Positions 27,840 through 41,188 of a stretch of DNA of 64,000 nt are shown piece after piece. The notes below the pieces were generated by a model. It did not search any database. It worked only from the letters and a program-made list of their open reading frames with translations, and was not told where the DNA came from. Source of the stretch: Planctomycetota bacterium (lineage in GTDB: Bacteria; Planctomycetota; UBA11346); NCBI GenBank assembly GCA_038213805.1, contig JBBQSO010000019.1, positions 1,114-65,113 of the forward strand, in the 5' to 3' direction. The translations under genes were made by a program, and so were the position numbers. Position 1 is the stretch's first letter. Each line of letters begins with the position of its first letter.

Positions 27840-29444
27840 CTACGGCACCGGGTCCTTGCGCGGCTTCGCCACCTGCTTCTTCGGCTTGGGTGCCGGCTGG
27901 GGGTCGGCAGCGGGATCGGGCTCGCTGGTGGCGGTGTCGGACTGGCCACCCGCCTCGGGGTCATCGGGCAGTGCGATCTTCTCGCCGGTCGCCCAGGTCC
28001 GCCAGGCGGCGATGCCCTTGCCACGCTCCTCGTCACTGCCGCGCGAGTCGTAGCCGACATCCTTTTTGGAGATGGTCTTGAGCAGATTGTTGCTCTTGCG
28101 GCGTACGATCGCGTCGGGTGAGGCCAGGCCGCCGATCAGCACGGGCACGGCCTCCTTGCCCTTGCCGAGCAAATTGGATTCCGCGGTCTGCGCGACGTTG
28201 CCCTCGATGCTCGAAAGCTGGACCACCCACACCGTGGCAGGATCGACCGGCCCGCTGGCCGCCTTGGCCTGGGCCTCCTTGGCCTCGCTGGGGTCGAGCG
28301 GGAAGATGAACGACGATCCCTTTTCCTTCCACCACTTCTCGAGCTGCGCAACGATCTTGCCCTTGGTGTCAGCGGGCATCTCGACGTCGTACGACCAGTC
28401 GCTGTTGCTCAGGCGCGAGATCATCGAGATAGCGTCGGCGTTCACCGCGTGGTCGTCGACCTTGAGCAATTTGATGAGTACCGGCACGATGGCCTTGTCC
28501 TTGAGGTCGTAGAGGCCTTTGGCTGCCTCGATGGCGATCTTGGGGTCGGCGTTGCGCAGCTGCTCCGCCAGCACCGTCTGCTCCGAAGTATCGTGATTGA
28601 GGTCCCACCAGGCCTTGACCCGGGCAGCGGTCAGGCCGTCCTTGGGTAGCAGCGTGATCTGCTGGGCGCCGCCGGTCGCGGCGCGACGCACGCCCTCGTT
28701 GGCGTGGTCCATCAATTCGATCAGGCGCGGCACCACGCGGCGGTCGCGGAAGTAGGCGACGGTATAGGCGAAAGTCTCGAGGTCCTCGGGATCGGTGACG
28801 CGTGCGCTGGCCGCGACCATAAAGCCGAGCAGCGGACGCACCGCACGCAGCTGGTGCTTCTTGATCAGCTCAAGGACGATCTGGCAGGGACCGTAGAGGT
28901 CCGTGAAGTCGTCGCGCAGCAGGGCGGCACACAGGCACGGCACCGCCGCCGGGCGGCAGTCCTCGCGCATTAGGGTGCGCACCGCCGAGTCCATATCGTC
29001 GCTGTCGTTGCGCGCGCGGTTCATGCGCTCGACCTGGCCCTTCACGAAATCGCTGCCGTCGGGGATCTTCGGCGGCTTGAGGTCCCACTGGATCTGCTGC
29101 GCGGTCGGGCCGGGTCCAGCGGCGTGGCGTTCCGGGGACGAGCTACCGGGCTTGTCGCCCTTGGCGTGGCCGGCGCCGGCGGGGCCGTTGGCCGCCACCC
29201 AGCGCTCGCCGACGCGCACCTGGCCCATCTTGGCCCGCGCCGCCTCGTGGTCCTTGTCCAACTCGATGACCTTGCCGTACAGCTGGCGCGCCCGGGTCGG
29301 CTTGTTGTGGCCCTCGCACCATTCGGCAAATGCATAGACCGAGTCGGCGTTGCCCATGTCGGTGCGCTTCTGGACATCCTCCATGGACTCCTCGGCGGCG
29401 GCCATGGCGATGGTCATCAGGATCAGGATTAGGACACGGAACAT
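27840..29444 (-). CDS. Secreted HEAT/armadillo-like repeat protein with a basic Pro/Lys-rich C-terminal tail
   Basis: Start at 'MFRVLILILMTIAMAAA' (signal peptide). Repeated 'AI(V/E)..AA.(A/K)L..L.D' helical motifs. Tail 'PQPAPKPKKQVAKPRKDPVP'. Confidence 0.45.
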   Translation of the reverse strand: MFRVLILILMTIAMAAAEESMEDVQKRTDMGNADSVYAFAEWCEGHNKPTRARQLYGKVIELDKDHEAARAKMGQVRVGERWVAANGPAGAGHAKGDKPGSSSPERHAAGPGPTAQQIQWDLKPPKIPDGSDFVKGQVERMNRARNDSDDMDSAVRTLMREDCRPAAVPCLCAALLRDDFTDLYGPCQIVLELIKKHQLRAVRPLLGFMVAASARVTDPEDLETFAYTVAYFRDRRVVPRLIELMDHANEGVRRAATGGAQQITLLPKDGLTAARVKAWWDLNHDTSEQTVLAEQLRNADPKIAIEAAKGLYDLKDKAIVPVLIKLLKVDDHAVNADAISMISRLSNSDWSYDVEMPADTKGKIVAQLEKWWKEKGSSFIFPLDPSEAKEAQAKAASGPVDPATVWVVQLSSIEGNVAQTAESNLLGKGKEAVPVLIGGLASPDAIVRRKSNNLLKTISKKDVGYDSRGSDEERGKGIAAWRTWATGEKIALPDDPEAGGQSDTATSEPDPAADPQPAPKPKKQVAKPRKDPVP

Positions 29445-29715
29445 AAGCGGGCTCCGAGGCGGGCGGCGGCGCGGACGGCGGTAGGCAAGGCACCAGGATA
29501 CAGGGTGAACGCAGGATACCGAGAATGGATTGCCTGTATCCGTCGTTCTTGTCGCGCAGCGTATGCAACCCCTTGCTGCTGGGTGACACGGAGCAGCCCT
29601 CGGCAGGCGCCGGAGCCGTGGCGTAAAGGCCTTTGTGCCGCCGGAGATGCCAGCTATCGTCGACTCCCCGGGCGCCCCGGAAGCGCGCCCTCCTGGACCC
29701 TGCACAAGGAACCGC

Positions 29716-30303
29716 ATGCCCATTCCGTATGTCATTGAGAAGGATTCCCGCGGCGAGCGCAGCTACGACATCTACAGCCGGCTGCTCAAGGACCGCATCA
29801 TCTTCCTTGGTGAGGTCATCGACGACTACGTCGCCAACGTGGTGATCGCCCAGCTGCTCTTCCTGCAGAGCCAGAAGCGCGATGCTGACATCACCTTGTA
29901 CATCAACAGCCCGGGCGGTTCGGTGACCGCAGGCTTCGCGATCTTCGACACCATGGCCTACCTGACCTGCGACGTGGCCACGGTGTGCATCGGCCAGGCC
30001 GCCAGCATGGGCGCCTTCCTGCTCGCCTCGGGCACCAAGGGCAAGCGCTTCGCCCTGCCCCACAGCCGCATCATGATCCACCAGCCGATGGGCGGCACCC
30101 AGGGCCAGGCCAGCGACATTGAGATCCAGGCCAAGGAGCTGATCCGCATGAAGAAGGAGCTCGGCCGCATCCTCGCCGAGAAGACCGGCAAGCCGATCGA
30201 GAAGGTCACCAAGGACAGCGAGCGCGACTTCTTCATGAGCGCGGAAGAAGCCTGCGCCTACGGTCTCATCGACCGCGTCGTCTCGAAGCCCGTCTCGACC
30301 TGA
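29716..30303 (+). CDS. clpP: ATP-dependent Clp protease proteolytic subunit
   Basis: '[19 protein letters not shown]...[11 protein letters not shown]...[11 protein letters not shown]...MIHQPMGG' contains the catalytic Ser and His context. Confidence 0.9.
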   Translation: MPIPYVIEKDSRGERSYDIYSRLLKDRIIFLGEVIDDYVANVVIAQLLFLQSQKRDADITLYINSPGGSVTAGFAIFDTMAYLTCDVATVCIGQAASMGAFLLASGTKGKRFALPHSRIMIHQPMGGTQGQASDIEIQAKELIRMKKELGRILAEKTGKPIEKVTKDSERDFFMSAEEACAYGLIDRVVSKPVST

Positions 30304-30396
30304 ACCGGGCCGGAGCGGCGGCCGCACCCTCGTGGCCTGCCGCACCGCCTCCCGCTCTCCCGCCTCAACTGGCCGTTAATTGCGAAGGGACGCCCG

Positions 30397-31707
30397 ATGG
30401 TGATCAAGAACAAGTCCAAGGATGGCGGCGACAAGGGCAGCGAGACCTGCAGCTTCTGCGGTCGTTCCAGCGACCAGGTCGACCGCCTCATCAACGGCCC
30501 GCCCGGCGTGTCCATCTGCAACGAGTGCGTTGAGGTCTGCTCGACCCTGCTGCGCGACAACCAGCGCGGCAAGAAGGGCGCCACCGGCGACCTGCCCAAG
30601 CTGGCCAAGAGCCACACGCCGACCGAGATCAAGGCCCACCTTGACCAATACATCATCGGCCAGGAGCAGGCCAAGCGCACCATCGCGGTGGCGGTGTACA
30701 ACCACTACAAGCGCCTGCGCGCAAATCTTGCCGGCGGGGCGCAGAGCGGCGGCATCGAGCTCGAGAAGTCCAACATTCTGATGCTCGGCCCGACCGGCAG
30801 CGGCAAGACCGCGATCGCCAAGTGCCTGGCCAAGCTGCTCAACGTGCCCTTCGCCATCGGCGACGCGACCACCCTGACCGAGGCCGGCTACGTCGGCGAG
30901 GACGTTGAGAACCTCATCTTGCGCCTGCTGCAGAACGCCAACTTCGAAGTGCCGCGCGCCGAGATGGGCATCGTCTACATCGACGAGATCGACAAGATCG
31001 GCCGCTCCGGCGGCAACGTCTCGATCACCCGTGATGTCTCGGGCGAGGGCGTGCAGCAGGCCCTGCTCAAGCTCGTCGAAGGCACCGTCGCCAACGTTCC
31101 GCCGGGCGGCGGGCGCAAGCACCCCGAGCAGAAGTACATCCAGGTCAACACTGAGAACATCCTGTTCATCTGCGGTGGCGCCGTCTCCGGCCTGCCTGAG
31201 ATCATCGGGCGCCGCATGGGCGACAAGCGCGTCGGCTTCCGCACTGAGCCCGGCGCCGAAGAGGGTGCCGACCTCAGCGAGGACGAACGCCTGCTCGCCC
31301 AGGTCACGCCCGAGGACCTGGTCAACTTCGGCATGATCCCCGAATTCATCGGCCGCCTGCCCGTGACGGTGGCGCTCCAGCCGCTGAGTGAGGAGGCGCT
31401 GATGAGCATCCTCACCCAGCCCAAGAACGCCCTGGTCAAGCAGTACCAGGCGCTGTTCGCGATGGAGGGCGCCGAGCTGACTTTCAGCGAGGACGCCCTG
31501 CGCGCCGTCGCCAAGCGCGCCCAGGAGCGCAAGACCGGCGCACGCGCCCTGCGCGCGATCCTGGAAGAGGTCATGCTCGACATGATGTTCGACCTGCCGC
31601 AGCGCGTGAAGTTCCAGAAGAGCTTCGTAGTCGACGCCAGCGTGGTCGAGGGCAAGCGCAGCATCTACGCCACCCCGGCCGGCGATGCAGCCAAGGAGAC
31701 GGCCTGA
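30397..31707 (+). CDS. clpX: ATP-dependent Clp protease ATP-binding subunit ClpX
   Basis: N-terminal C4 zinc finger 'CSFCGRS...CNEC', Walker A 'GPTGSGKT', and 'IVYIDEIDK' sensor motifs. 436 aa, downstream of clpP. Confidence 0.9.
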   Translation: MVIKNKSKDGGDKGSETCSFCGRSSDQVDRLINGPPGVSICNECVEVCSTLLRDNQRGKKGATGDLPKLAKSHTPTEIKAHLDQYIIGQEQAKRTIAVAVYNHYKRLRANLAGGAQSGGIELEKSNILMLGPTGSGKTAIAKCLAKLLNVPFAIGDATTLTEAGYVGEDVENLILRLLQNANFEVPRAEMGIVYIDEIDKIGRSGGNVSITRDVSGEGVQQALLKLVEGTVANVPPGGGRKHPEQKYIQVNTENILFICGGAVSGLPEIIGRRMGDKRVGFRTEPGAEEGADLSEDERLLAQVTPEDLVNFGMIPEFIGRLPVTVALQPLSEEALMSILTQPKNALVKQYQALFAMEGAELTFSEDALRAVAKRAQERKTGARALRAILEEVMLDMMFDLPQRVKFQKSFVVDASVVEGKRSIYATPAGDAAKETA

Positions 31708-31979
31708 CCAGCCGTCTGACGCGGGCGCCCGCCAGCGCCGCAACGGATTCGACCATCGCCGCGACGGTCTGCAGGGAGCCCCCGGAGTTGCCCAAACATT
31801 GAGCAGGACGGACCGTCGACGGGCCTTCCCTGTCGAGGACCTGGTCAGGCTCAACGCCCCCCTGAGACACCGCGCGCAACGGCTGTTTGACCTCACGCGG
31901 GTTTGCCGACAACACGGGACCGCACGAGCGGTTGTATACAGAGCCCGCGCCGCATCCTGCCCGTCCTCTGGACCAGCCC

Positions 31980-33173
31980 ATGCCCGTCTTCCCCCAGCAG
32001 TTCGCCGTCCCCTACCGCTTCGACGTGCACTTCACCCGTGACGTCTTCGCCGGCGACAACGATACCCTCGCCCAGGTCATGCAGCCCCGCAGCGGCGGCC
32101 GTCCGGCGCGCGCCCTGGTCTACATCGACGCGGGGACGGTTAAGGCCCACCCCAAGCTGGTGCAGCGCATCCACGCCTGGTTCACCGCCTACGAGTCGCG
32201 CGGCGTGCAGCTCGCCGCCTCGCCCGAGGTGGTCACCGGCGGCGAGGCCCTCAAGGGTGAGCTGGCGATCCTCGACAAGGTCGGGCGCGAGGCCTTCGAC
32301 AACGGCATCTGCCGCCACTCCTATGTCATCATCATCGGCGGCGGCGCGGTACTCGACGCGGTCGGCTTCGCCGCCTCGCTGGTCCACCGCGGCATCCGCC
32401 AGATCCGCCTGCCGACCACCGTGCTCGGCCAGTGCGATGCCGGCCTGGGCGTGAAGAACGGGGTCAACCGTTTCGGCTCGAAGAACTTCTACGGCACCTT
32501 CACCCCGCCCTTTGCGATCATCAACGACGCGCGCTTCCTTGAATCGCTCGACGACCGCTCGTGGCGCGCCGGCATCGCCGAGGCGGTCAAGGTCGCGACC
32601 ATCAAGGACGCGGTCTTCCTCGACCGCCTGACCACAGACGCCGCGCAGCTGCGCGCCCGCGACCTGCCGACCATGGAATACCTGGTCCAGCGCTGCGCCC
32701 TGATCCATCTCGAGCACATCACCACCGCCGGCGACCCCTTCGAGCAAGGCAGTTCGCGCCCGCTCGACTACGGCCACTGGTCGGCGCACCGCATGGAGGT
32801 GCTGTCGCAGCACCGCCTGCTGCACGGCGAGGCGGTCGCGATCGGCGTCGCCATCGACACCCTGTACGCGGTCGAGCTCGGCCGCATCACCCGCTCCGAG
32901 GCCGACCAGGTGCTGGGCATCCTGACCACCGTCGGCTTCCGTCTGTGGGACGAGGTCCTCGAACTGCGCGACTCGTGCGGCAAGCGCGCCGTGCTGGCTG
33001 GGCTGGCGCAGTTCCGCGAGCACCTCGGCGGCGAGCTGACCCTGGCCATGCCGCTGGGCCTGGGCAAGCGCAGCGACATCTACGAGTTCGACGAGGCGCT
33101 GTTCGAGCGCGCCCTGGCCCAGCTGCGCCGCTTCCGCCCGCAGCCGGTGGGACAGCCGACCGCCAAGGGCTGA
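31980..33173 (+). CDS. 3-dehydroquinate synthase family protein (sugar-phosphate cyclase superfamily); specific substrate unknown
   Basis: 'IIIGGGAVLDAVGFAASL' NAD-binding glycine-rich loop, 'TTVLGQCDAGLGVKNGVN', and metal-binding His residues downstream. Not clustered with other aro genes. Confidence 0.6.
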   Translation: MPVFPQQFAVPYRFDVHFTRDVFAGDNDTLAQVMQPRSGGRPARALVYIDAGTVKAHPKLVQRIHAWFTAYESRGVQLAASPEVVTGGEALKGELAILDKVGREAFDNGICRHSYVIIIGGGAVLDAVGFAASLVHRGIRQIRLPTTVLGQCDAGLGVKNGVNRFGSKNFYGTFTPPFAIINDARFLESLDDRSWRAGIAEAVKVATIKDAVFLDRLTTDAAQLRARDLPTMEYLVQRCALIHLEHITTAGDPFEQGSSRPLDYGHWSAHRMEVLSQHRLLHGEAVAIGVAIDTLYAVELGRITRSEADQVLGILTTVGFRLWDEVLELRDSCGKRAVLAGLAQFREHLGGELTLAMPLGLGKRSDIYEFDEALFERALAQLRRFRPQPVGQPTAKG

Positions 33174-33425
33174 GTACCCGGACAGCATCTTAGCAATCCT
33201 CCTCATTGAGAGGATAGAACTGCCAAGACGCCAAGGGACGGGCCACCGGGCCTCTGCGTATCTCCTGCGAGTCTTGGCGGCTTGGCGGCTCTACCCTCCC
33301 ATCCCCTTTCGTCGGCCTGCCCAACCCATGAGCTGCCTCGTGCCCCGGGAGATGACGGTTGTCCCTGGAATTTTTCCCGTAATTTTCCTGGTCGTCCTGC
33401 CATCCTTCCCGGACGAGGCGCGCCG

Positions 33426-34901
33426 ATGACCACTGCAATGCTCCGCATCCTGGCTCTTGGCGGACTGTCCGCCCTGGTTCTCAGCCTGGGCGCCGCAGAA
33501 AGCGTGTCCGAGCGCATCGACCAGGCGGCCAAGGCCTTCGAGGACGGGCAGGACCGCGAGTTCAAAAGCATCAGCGAGAGCCTCGACCGCTGGCGCGCGG
33601 CCAAGCGCGTCACGGCACAGCGCGAGCTGCTCGACCTGTTCGACAAGGCCAGCGCCGCCGACAAGCCCTTCGTCGCCTACCACCTGCTCAGCCTGGCACC
33701 GCGCCACAAGGCGGCGCGCGAGCTGTTCGCCAAGGCCAACCAGCCGGCCCCCTTCACCGAGTCCGGCGCACCGGTCGCCGGTGCGGTGGTGCCGCTCTGC
33801 CAGGATGCTGCGACCATCGCCAAGGTCGACGCCCTCGAAAATCCGCCCTTCAGCGAGGTCGCCAAGGCGGTGTCGCCGAAGGGCGGCGTGATTGGTGGGG
33901 TCAAGATCTACTGGGACAACCAGTTCAAGGCGCTCGGCACGCTGCGCACCACGCTCGGCGCCTACGCGGCCAAGGGGCAGGAAACCCTCGTCTACCCGAT
34001 GCTGGCCTACTACTGGCCCGACGCCAAGGAGGTGGTGGCCTTCTACCGCGGGCAGAACAAGGCGGTGCCGCGCCAGCGCGAATGGCTGCCGCCGCTCGAC
34101 CGTTATTTGCTCGAGCACGAACTGGCCGGCATCGACTGCCTGGACAAGCGCTTCAAGCCCGAAGCCGGCGGCACCCCACAGGTGAACGGCGGTGTCGCCA
34201 ACTTCTCCGGCACCACCGCGTGGCGCTTTCCGCAGAATCTGCGCAATTGCCGCATTGAGGGTGTCTTCACAATCGCCGCCGCCGAGCAGCGCTTCACCAT
34301 CGCCGACGCCGGCGGGCGCGGCGTCACGCTCGCCGTAGCCGGGCGCCACCTGCACTTGAGCGAAGGCGGCGGTCTCGACGCCACCACCGACCTCGACCGC
34401 GACATCGCCAACCTGCCCATGCAGCTGGAAGTGCGCGGCAAGCTGGCGGTGGCGCGCGTCGCCGGCGTGGCGGTGCTGAGCGGCGAGCTGGGCAGCGAGC
34501 ACGCGTGGCGCACCGCCACGGTCACCGCCAGCGACCTGACCGCGACCGTCCTGCGCGTGCGCTACCTCGGTGAGGTCCCCGAAGGTCGCGACGATCTGGT
34601 CGCCGCCAAGCCGGTCAAGCCCGCCACCGACCCGTGGGTCGCCGAACGCGACAAGCAGCTCGACAAGCCGGTCACCTTCCGCTTCGAGGACACCAGCGTG
34701 GAAGAGGTCGCCGCGCTGCTCGCCAAACTCGGCGGCGCGCCAATCACCTTCGACGACAAGGCCGACCCCCTCAAGAGCCTGCCGGTGACGTTCTCGGGCA
34801 CCGACATGAAGCTGCGCGCGGCCCTCGACTGGCTCGGCCGTGTGAGCGACCTGAGCTATGTGCCGACTGCGGAAGGCATCACGCTGACGTGGAAGAAATG
34901 A
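33426..34901 (+). CDS. Hypothetical secreted protein
   Basis: Signal peptide 'MTTAMLRILALGGLSALVLSLGAAES'. 491 aa. No recognisable domain. Confidence 0.4.
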   Translation: MTTAMLRILALGGLSALVLSLGAAESVSERIDQAAKAFEDGQDREFKSISESLDRWRAAKRVTAQRELLDLFDKASAADKPFVAYHLLSLAPRHKAARELFAKANQPAPFTESGAPVAGAVVPLCQDAATIAKVDALENPPFSEVAKAVSPKGGVIGGVKIYWDNQFKALGTLRTTLGAYAAKGQETLVYPMLAYYWPDAKEVVAFYRGQNKAVPRQREWLPPLDRYLLEHELAGIDCLDKRFKPEAGGTPQVNGGVANFSGTTAWRFPQNLRNCRIEGVFTIAAAEQRFTIADAGGRGVTLAVAGRHLHLSEGGGLDATTDLDRDIANLPMQLEVRGKLAVARVAGVAVLSGELGSEHAWRTATVTASDLTATVLRVRYLGEVPEGRDDLVAAKPVKPATDPWVAERDKQLDKPVTFRFEDTSVEEVAALLAKLGGAPITFDDKADPLKSLPVTFSGTDMKLRAALDWLGRVSDLSYVPTAEGITLTWKK

Positions 34902-34996
34902 GCGCTGTCTAGAGCTTGTTCCAGGTCGCCTGTATGGCTTCGCCGCACCTCACCTTGTGGACGAATCCTGAAGCATAACATCGCGCTCGTGGCGAC

Positions 34997-35353
34997 ATGA
35001 ATAGGCAGATTACGGGACATGCGCTGCTTATCGTCGCCCTGGTGCTGACCTTTACCACAGATCGGCTGGTCGCCATTCCCCCGCTGCTCGCGATTTGGGT
35101 TGCCTGGTTGGTCTTTCGGAGGCGCGCGCAGGGCAGCTTGGTCTTTTCGGCCGTTGCAGTGGCATTGTTCCTAGCCGCGAATCTGCAGCCCTACGACTTT
35201 CGTTTTAACGGCTTTCAAGATGAACCCAGAGTTGTCGCGATCCGCTATGGTTACCCTGGGCAGGAGACCTTACGCATGGCCAAGCGTGGCGATGTTTGCC
35301 TGGGCGGCTGCCGCGTGTCGTGGAATGCTCCGCGCTACTTCGTGATCTGGTGA
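34997..35353 (+). CDS. Small hypothetical membrane protein
   Basis: Two predicted TM helices. GC about 57%, lower than the surroundings. Weak support. Confidence 0.25.
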   Translation: MNRQITGHALLIVALVLTFTTDRLVAIPPLLAIWVAWLVFRRRAQGSLVFSAVAVALFLAANLQPYDFRFNGFQDEPRVVAIRYGYPGQETLRMAKRGDVCLGGCRVSWNAPRYFVIW

Positions 35354-35401
35354 GACTCTGATCCGAGAGCAGCGGCCAATGCCGCAACGGTTGGCCACGC
35401 T

Positions 35402-38097
<2,696 letters not shown>

Positions 38098-38114
38098 GCC
38101 GGAGCCCGCACCCC

Positions 38115-39254
38115 ATGCGCCGGCCCACGCCCTTCCGCTCAGCGCCGGCGCTGCTCGCCGTGCTGGCGGTGGCCGTGGCCGGCCTGGCTGGCGGCCCGGC
38201 ACAGGCCGCCGAGACCCACCTGACCTTCACCGCCGGCGGACGCGAAGCGTCTGCCACCGTGGCCGGCCTGAGCGAGCTCGGCGGCCAGCCCTTCGAACTC
38301 GGCGTCGACCTGCTGCTGGCCGGGCAGACCTCGCGACGCGTGACCCTGGCCCTGGTCGACGCGCCGCCGGCCGCGTGCCGCCAGGCCTTCGCGCACGCGC
38401 TGCATTGTTGGTGGGTGGTGCGGCCGGGCGGCGACGGGCGCGGGACCCTGCTGACCGGCCTGCCGCACGTGCCACTCGGCACCCTCGAAGTACGCAGCCG
38501 TTCGAGTTCCCTGCGCGGCGATTCCACCATCGAGGACGTGGTGCGGCGGCTGCTCGGGCCGTGGCTCGATGGCGCTGCGGGGCTCGCGCTCGAGCCGTCC
38601 GACGGTACCTGGGCAGCGACCCTCGACAGACCCGGCCACGCGCGCCTGGCCGAGATCCTCGCCGCCCTTGAACAGCCCGCGCCGCGCATCGCGCCATGGC
38701 TGCCCGACGCCGACGGGCCTGACCCGGCGCGCGCGCTGAGCGGGGTGCGTGGCAACGGCTGGGCCGACTATGCGCCCGCCCTGGCGCTGGCCCTGGGCTG
38801 CAGCGTGAGCTGCGACCCTGCGCTGGCCGCGCGCCCGCTGCCCGAAGGGATCTCCCCCCTGCCCGACACCAGCGCCGGCGCCCTGCCTGCGCGCTTCGCC
38901 GCCGCCGGCGTGGCGGCACGCTTCGTACACGGCGTGCTGTGCCTGGGCGGGGACGCCGCGGATGAGGTGCTGGTCGAGCGCGAGCACCCCGCCCAGCGCC
39001 GCCGCCTGGGGCTGATCCCCATCGACCAGCTCGCCAGCTCGCGCCTGGAAGGCGAATTCATCGTCGGCGGCCTGCGTGCGCGCGTCGTCCCGGAGTGGTG
39101 GGCGCAGCCCGGTGCCGGACTGCTCTACCTGGAACGCACGCACACCCTGCTGGTTGCCGGCGACGCCCTGGTCCAGGAGCGCGTGCTGGCGGCGCTCGCC
39201 CGTCTCGACCGCCTCGGCACTGCCGCCGGCCTGCGTTCGCTCGCGGAGCCGTGA
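38115..39254 (+). CDS. Hypothetical secreted protein
   Basis: Signal peptide 'MRRPTPFRSAPALLAVLAVAVAGLAGGPAQAA'. 379 aa. The stop overlaps the next start (GTGA). Confidence 0.4.
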   Translation: MRRPTPFRSAPALLAVLAVAVAGLAGGPAQAAETHLTFTAGGREASATVAGLSELGGQPFELGVDLLLAGQTSRRVTLALVDAPPAACRQAFAHALHCWWVVRPGGDGRGTLLTGLPHVPLGTLEVRSRSSSLRGDSTIEDVVRRLLGPWLDGAAGLALEPSDGTWAATLDRPGHARLAEILAALEQPAPRIAPWLPDADGPDPARALSGVRGNGWADYAPALALALGCSVSCDPALAARPLPEGISPLPDTSAGALPARFAAAGVAARFVHGVLCLGGDAADEVLVEREHPAQRRRLGLIPIDQLASSRLEGEFIVGGLRARVVPEWWAQPGAGLLYLERTHTLLVAGDALVQERVLAALARLDRLGTAAGLRSLAEP

Positions 39255-40003
39255 CGGTGGACCGCATCACGCGCGGCTCGGCCATCGCCTCAACCATCCT
39301 GCACGTGCTGCTGGTGGTCGCCGCCTTCAGCCCGCGGGGCTGCGTTCGCAGCCACGAGGAGGACCCCACCGCGACCAGCGAGCCGGCTCCGGAGTCGCCG
39401 CCCACCCCGATCACCGCCTCGACCCCGCACCCGTCGACTCCTACCCGCCGCCTGGTCCTGGCCCCCGCCTCGGCCGCGCCACTGCCGGCTTTACCCCCCC
39501 TGTCCGGCCCGGGCGCGCGCCCGGCCCCGCCCCTGCCGCCGGATCTGGTCCGACCAATCCAGCCGGTAGCCACCGACCGGCCCGGGCCCGGCGCCGCCAG
39601 CCGCGGCCAGGACGGCGACCGCCCGGCGCCGGTAGCCCTGCCCCAAGCCCTGCCGGGGCGCGACGATGCGGTGGCCCAGCTCCGCGCCCGCCGGACCAGC
39701 AACGCGCAGCTCTCGCGTGAAGAGAAGACCCTGGCCGATGGCCAGGAGCACCTCGAATTCCTGCTCAACCGCGCGGTGGCGCAGCGCTGGCGCCACCTCC
39801 TGCCCGAGGTCCGCGAACACCGCTTGGTCATCCAGGTGATGGTCGACCGCAGCGGTCGCCTGGTCGAAGGACGGTTGCTCTCGGGTTCCGGCAGTGAAGC
39901 TTTCGACCAGGTGGTGGGCGACTGGTTGCGGAACGAAACGCTGACCTTCCCTCCCATCCACGCCGGCCTGCGCTATCCTTTTCTCATCATCATCCACCCC
40001 TGA
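39251..40003 (+). CDS. TonB-like protein (N-terminal TM anchor, Pro-rich spacer, TonB C-terminal-like domain)
   Basis: 'ILHVLLVVAAF' TM helix, a long P/A-rich linker, and the C-terminus 'LVIQVMVDRSGRLVEGRLLSGSGSEAFDQVVGDWLRNETLTFPP' which resembles the TonB C-terminal domain. Confidence 0.45.
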   Translation: MTVDRITRGSAIASTILHVLLVVAAFSPRGCVRSHEEDPTATSEPAPESPPTPITASTPHPSTPTRRLVLAPASAAPLPALPPLSGPGARPAPPLPPDLVRPIQPVATDRPGPGAASRGQDGDRPAPVALPQALPGRDDAVAQLRARRTSNAQLSREEKTLADGQEHLEFLLNRAVAQRWRHLLPEVREHRLVIQVMVDRSGRLVEGRLLSGSGSEAFDQVVGDWLRNETLTFPPIHAGLRYPFLIIIHP

Positions 40004-40011
40004 GGGATGGC

Positions 40012-40959
40012 ATGCTTCCCCAATCGGGCACCATGGATCCCAACGCGCTCTGGTCATGGTCGTTCCTGCTCTGGCGCTCGCGCTCGCTGGAGATGCGCGT
40101 CAGCTGGTTGGTCGGGGTGGTGGTGCTGTTCCAGGCTGTGGAGTTCCTGCGCGGCGGCCATCCCTGGCTGGTCCCCTGCGCGCTGGCGATCTTCCCCCTC
40201 TCGATGCTGCTGCACGCTCTCGCCCACATCGGCATGGCGCGGCTGGTTGGCGGCTCCTGCTCCATGTGCGTACTGTCGGTGATGAACGAGATCGCCTCCC
40301 TACAGGTGCCGATGAACGCGGCCAAGCACCTGGCGGTCGCGCTGATCGGCCCGCTGGTCAGCCTAGTGCTGTGGCTGGCCAGCGATCTCGCCCTGCACTT
40401 CGTGCAGAACACCACCGGCGCCACGCTGCTGGGCGTGGTCGAACGGACCAACTTCTACCTCTGCTTCCTGAACCTCTTCGCCTGCTCGATGTTCGACGGG
40501 GCGCGCATGTGGCGCGCCGTGCTGTGGCCGCTGGTCGGGCTGGCGCGCGCGATCCGTGCCACCAATTGGCTGGCCTATGGCTCGGCGGGGCTGTTCCTTC
40601 TGCTCGGGGCATGGGCGCAGGACTGGCTGCTCTTCATGGTCGGCGTGTTCTGCATGATCGCGACCATCAGTGAGCACCGTTCTATCCGCCTCGGCTTCGA
40701 TCCGGTGCTGCAGATCGAGCCCGAGTACTTCATCAACCGCCGCCGCCCCGACTCGTGGTGGAGCCGCTGGCAGGCGCGCCGCCGCGTGCGCGCCCAGGAG
40801 CGCATCGAACACCAGGAGGCCATGGAGCAGGAGACCCTCGACCGCCTGCTTGCAAAGGTTTCGGTACACGGCCTGCCCGCGCTTACCGAAGCCGAGCGCG
40901 GCGTGCTGCAGGCGATCTCGCGGAAGCAGCGCCAGCGGCAGGAGAGCGCGGTACCCTGA
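40012..40959 (+). CDS. Polytopic membrane protein, site-2-protease (M50)-like with a degenerate active site (HALAH in place of HExxH)
   Basis: 'LLHALAHIGMA' and the downstream 'FLNLFACSMFDGARMW', which is the NxxPxxxLDG-like motif. About 6 TM helices, then a basic Arg-rich cytoplasmic tail. Confidence 0.4.
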   Translation: MLPQSGTMDPNALWSWSFLLWRSRSLEMRVSWLVGVVVLFQAVEFLRGGHPWLVPCALAIFPLSMLLHALAHIGMARLVGGSCSMCVLSVMNEIASLQVPMNAAKHLAVALIGPLVSLVLWLASDLALHFVQNTTGATLLGVVERTNFYLCFLNLFACSMFDGARMWRAVLWPLVGLARAIRATNWLAYGSAGLFLLLGAWAQDWLLFMVGVFCMIATISEHRSIRLGFDPVLQIEPEYFINRRRPDSWWSRWQARRRVRAQERIEHQEAMEQETLDRLLAKVSVHGLPALTEAERGVLQAISRKQRQRQESAVP

Positions 40960-41188
40960 TCACCGGTTCGGAACCGAATGGGATGGGTGCGGAGTGCGGA
41001 GAGCTGGCCAATCGGGTACCTGCCCCACGTCCGCATGCTGGTTCCGCCATCCATATAACCGCAAACCGCTACGTCCTGCGGTCACTCTGCACTACGGACC
41101 TCGCACCTCCGCACCTCGCACGCCATAGCCCCAAGCCCGCGCACTTCATCCTTGGCACCGGCACCGCCCAAATAGGCTTCCCCGACCC

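Noticed and set aside
29445-29735. 98-codon upstream extension of the HEAT-repeat gene
   Set aside because: The signal peptide begins at the internal 'MFRVLILILMT', and the extension is Arg/Pro-rich filler.
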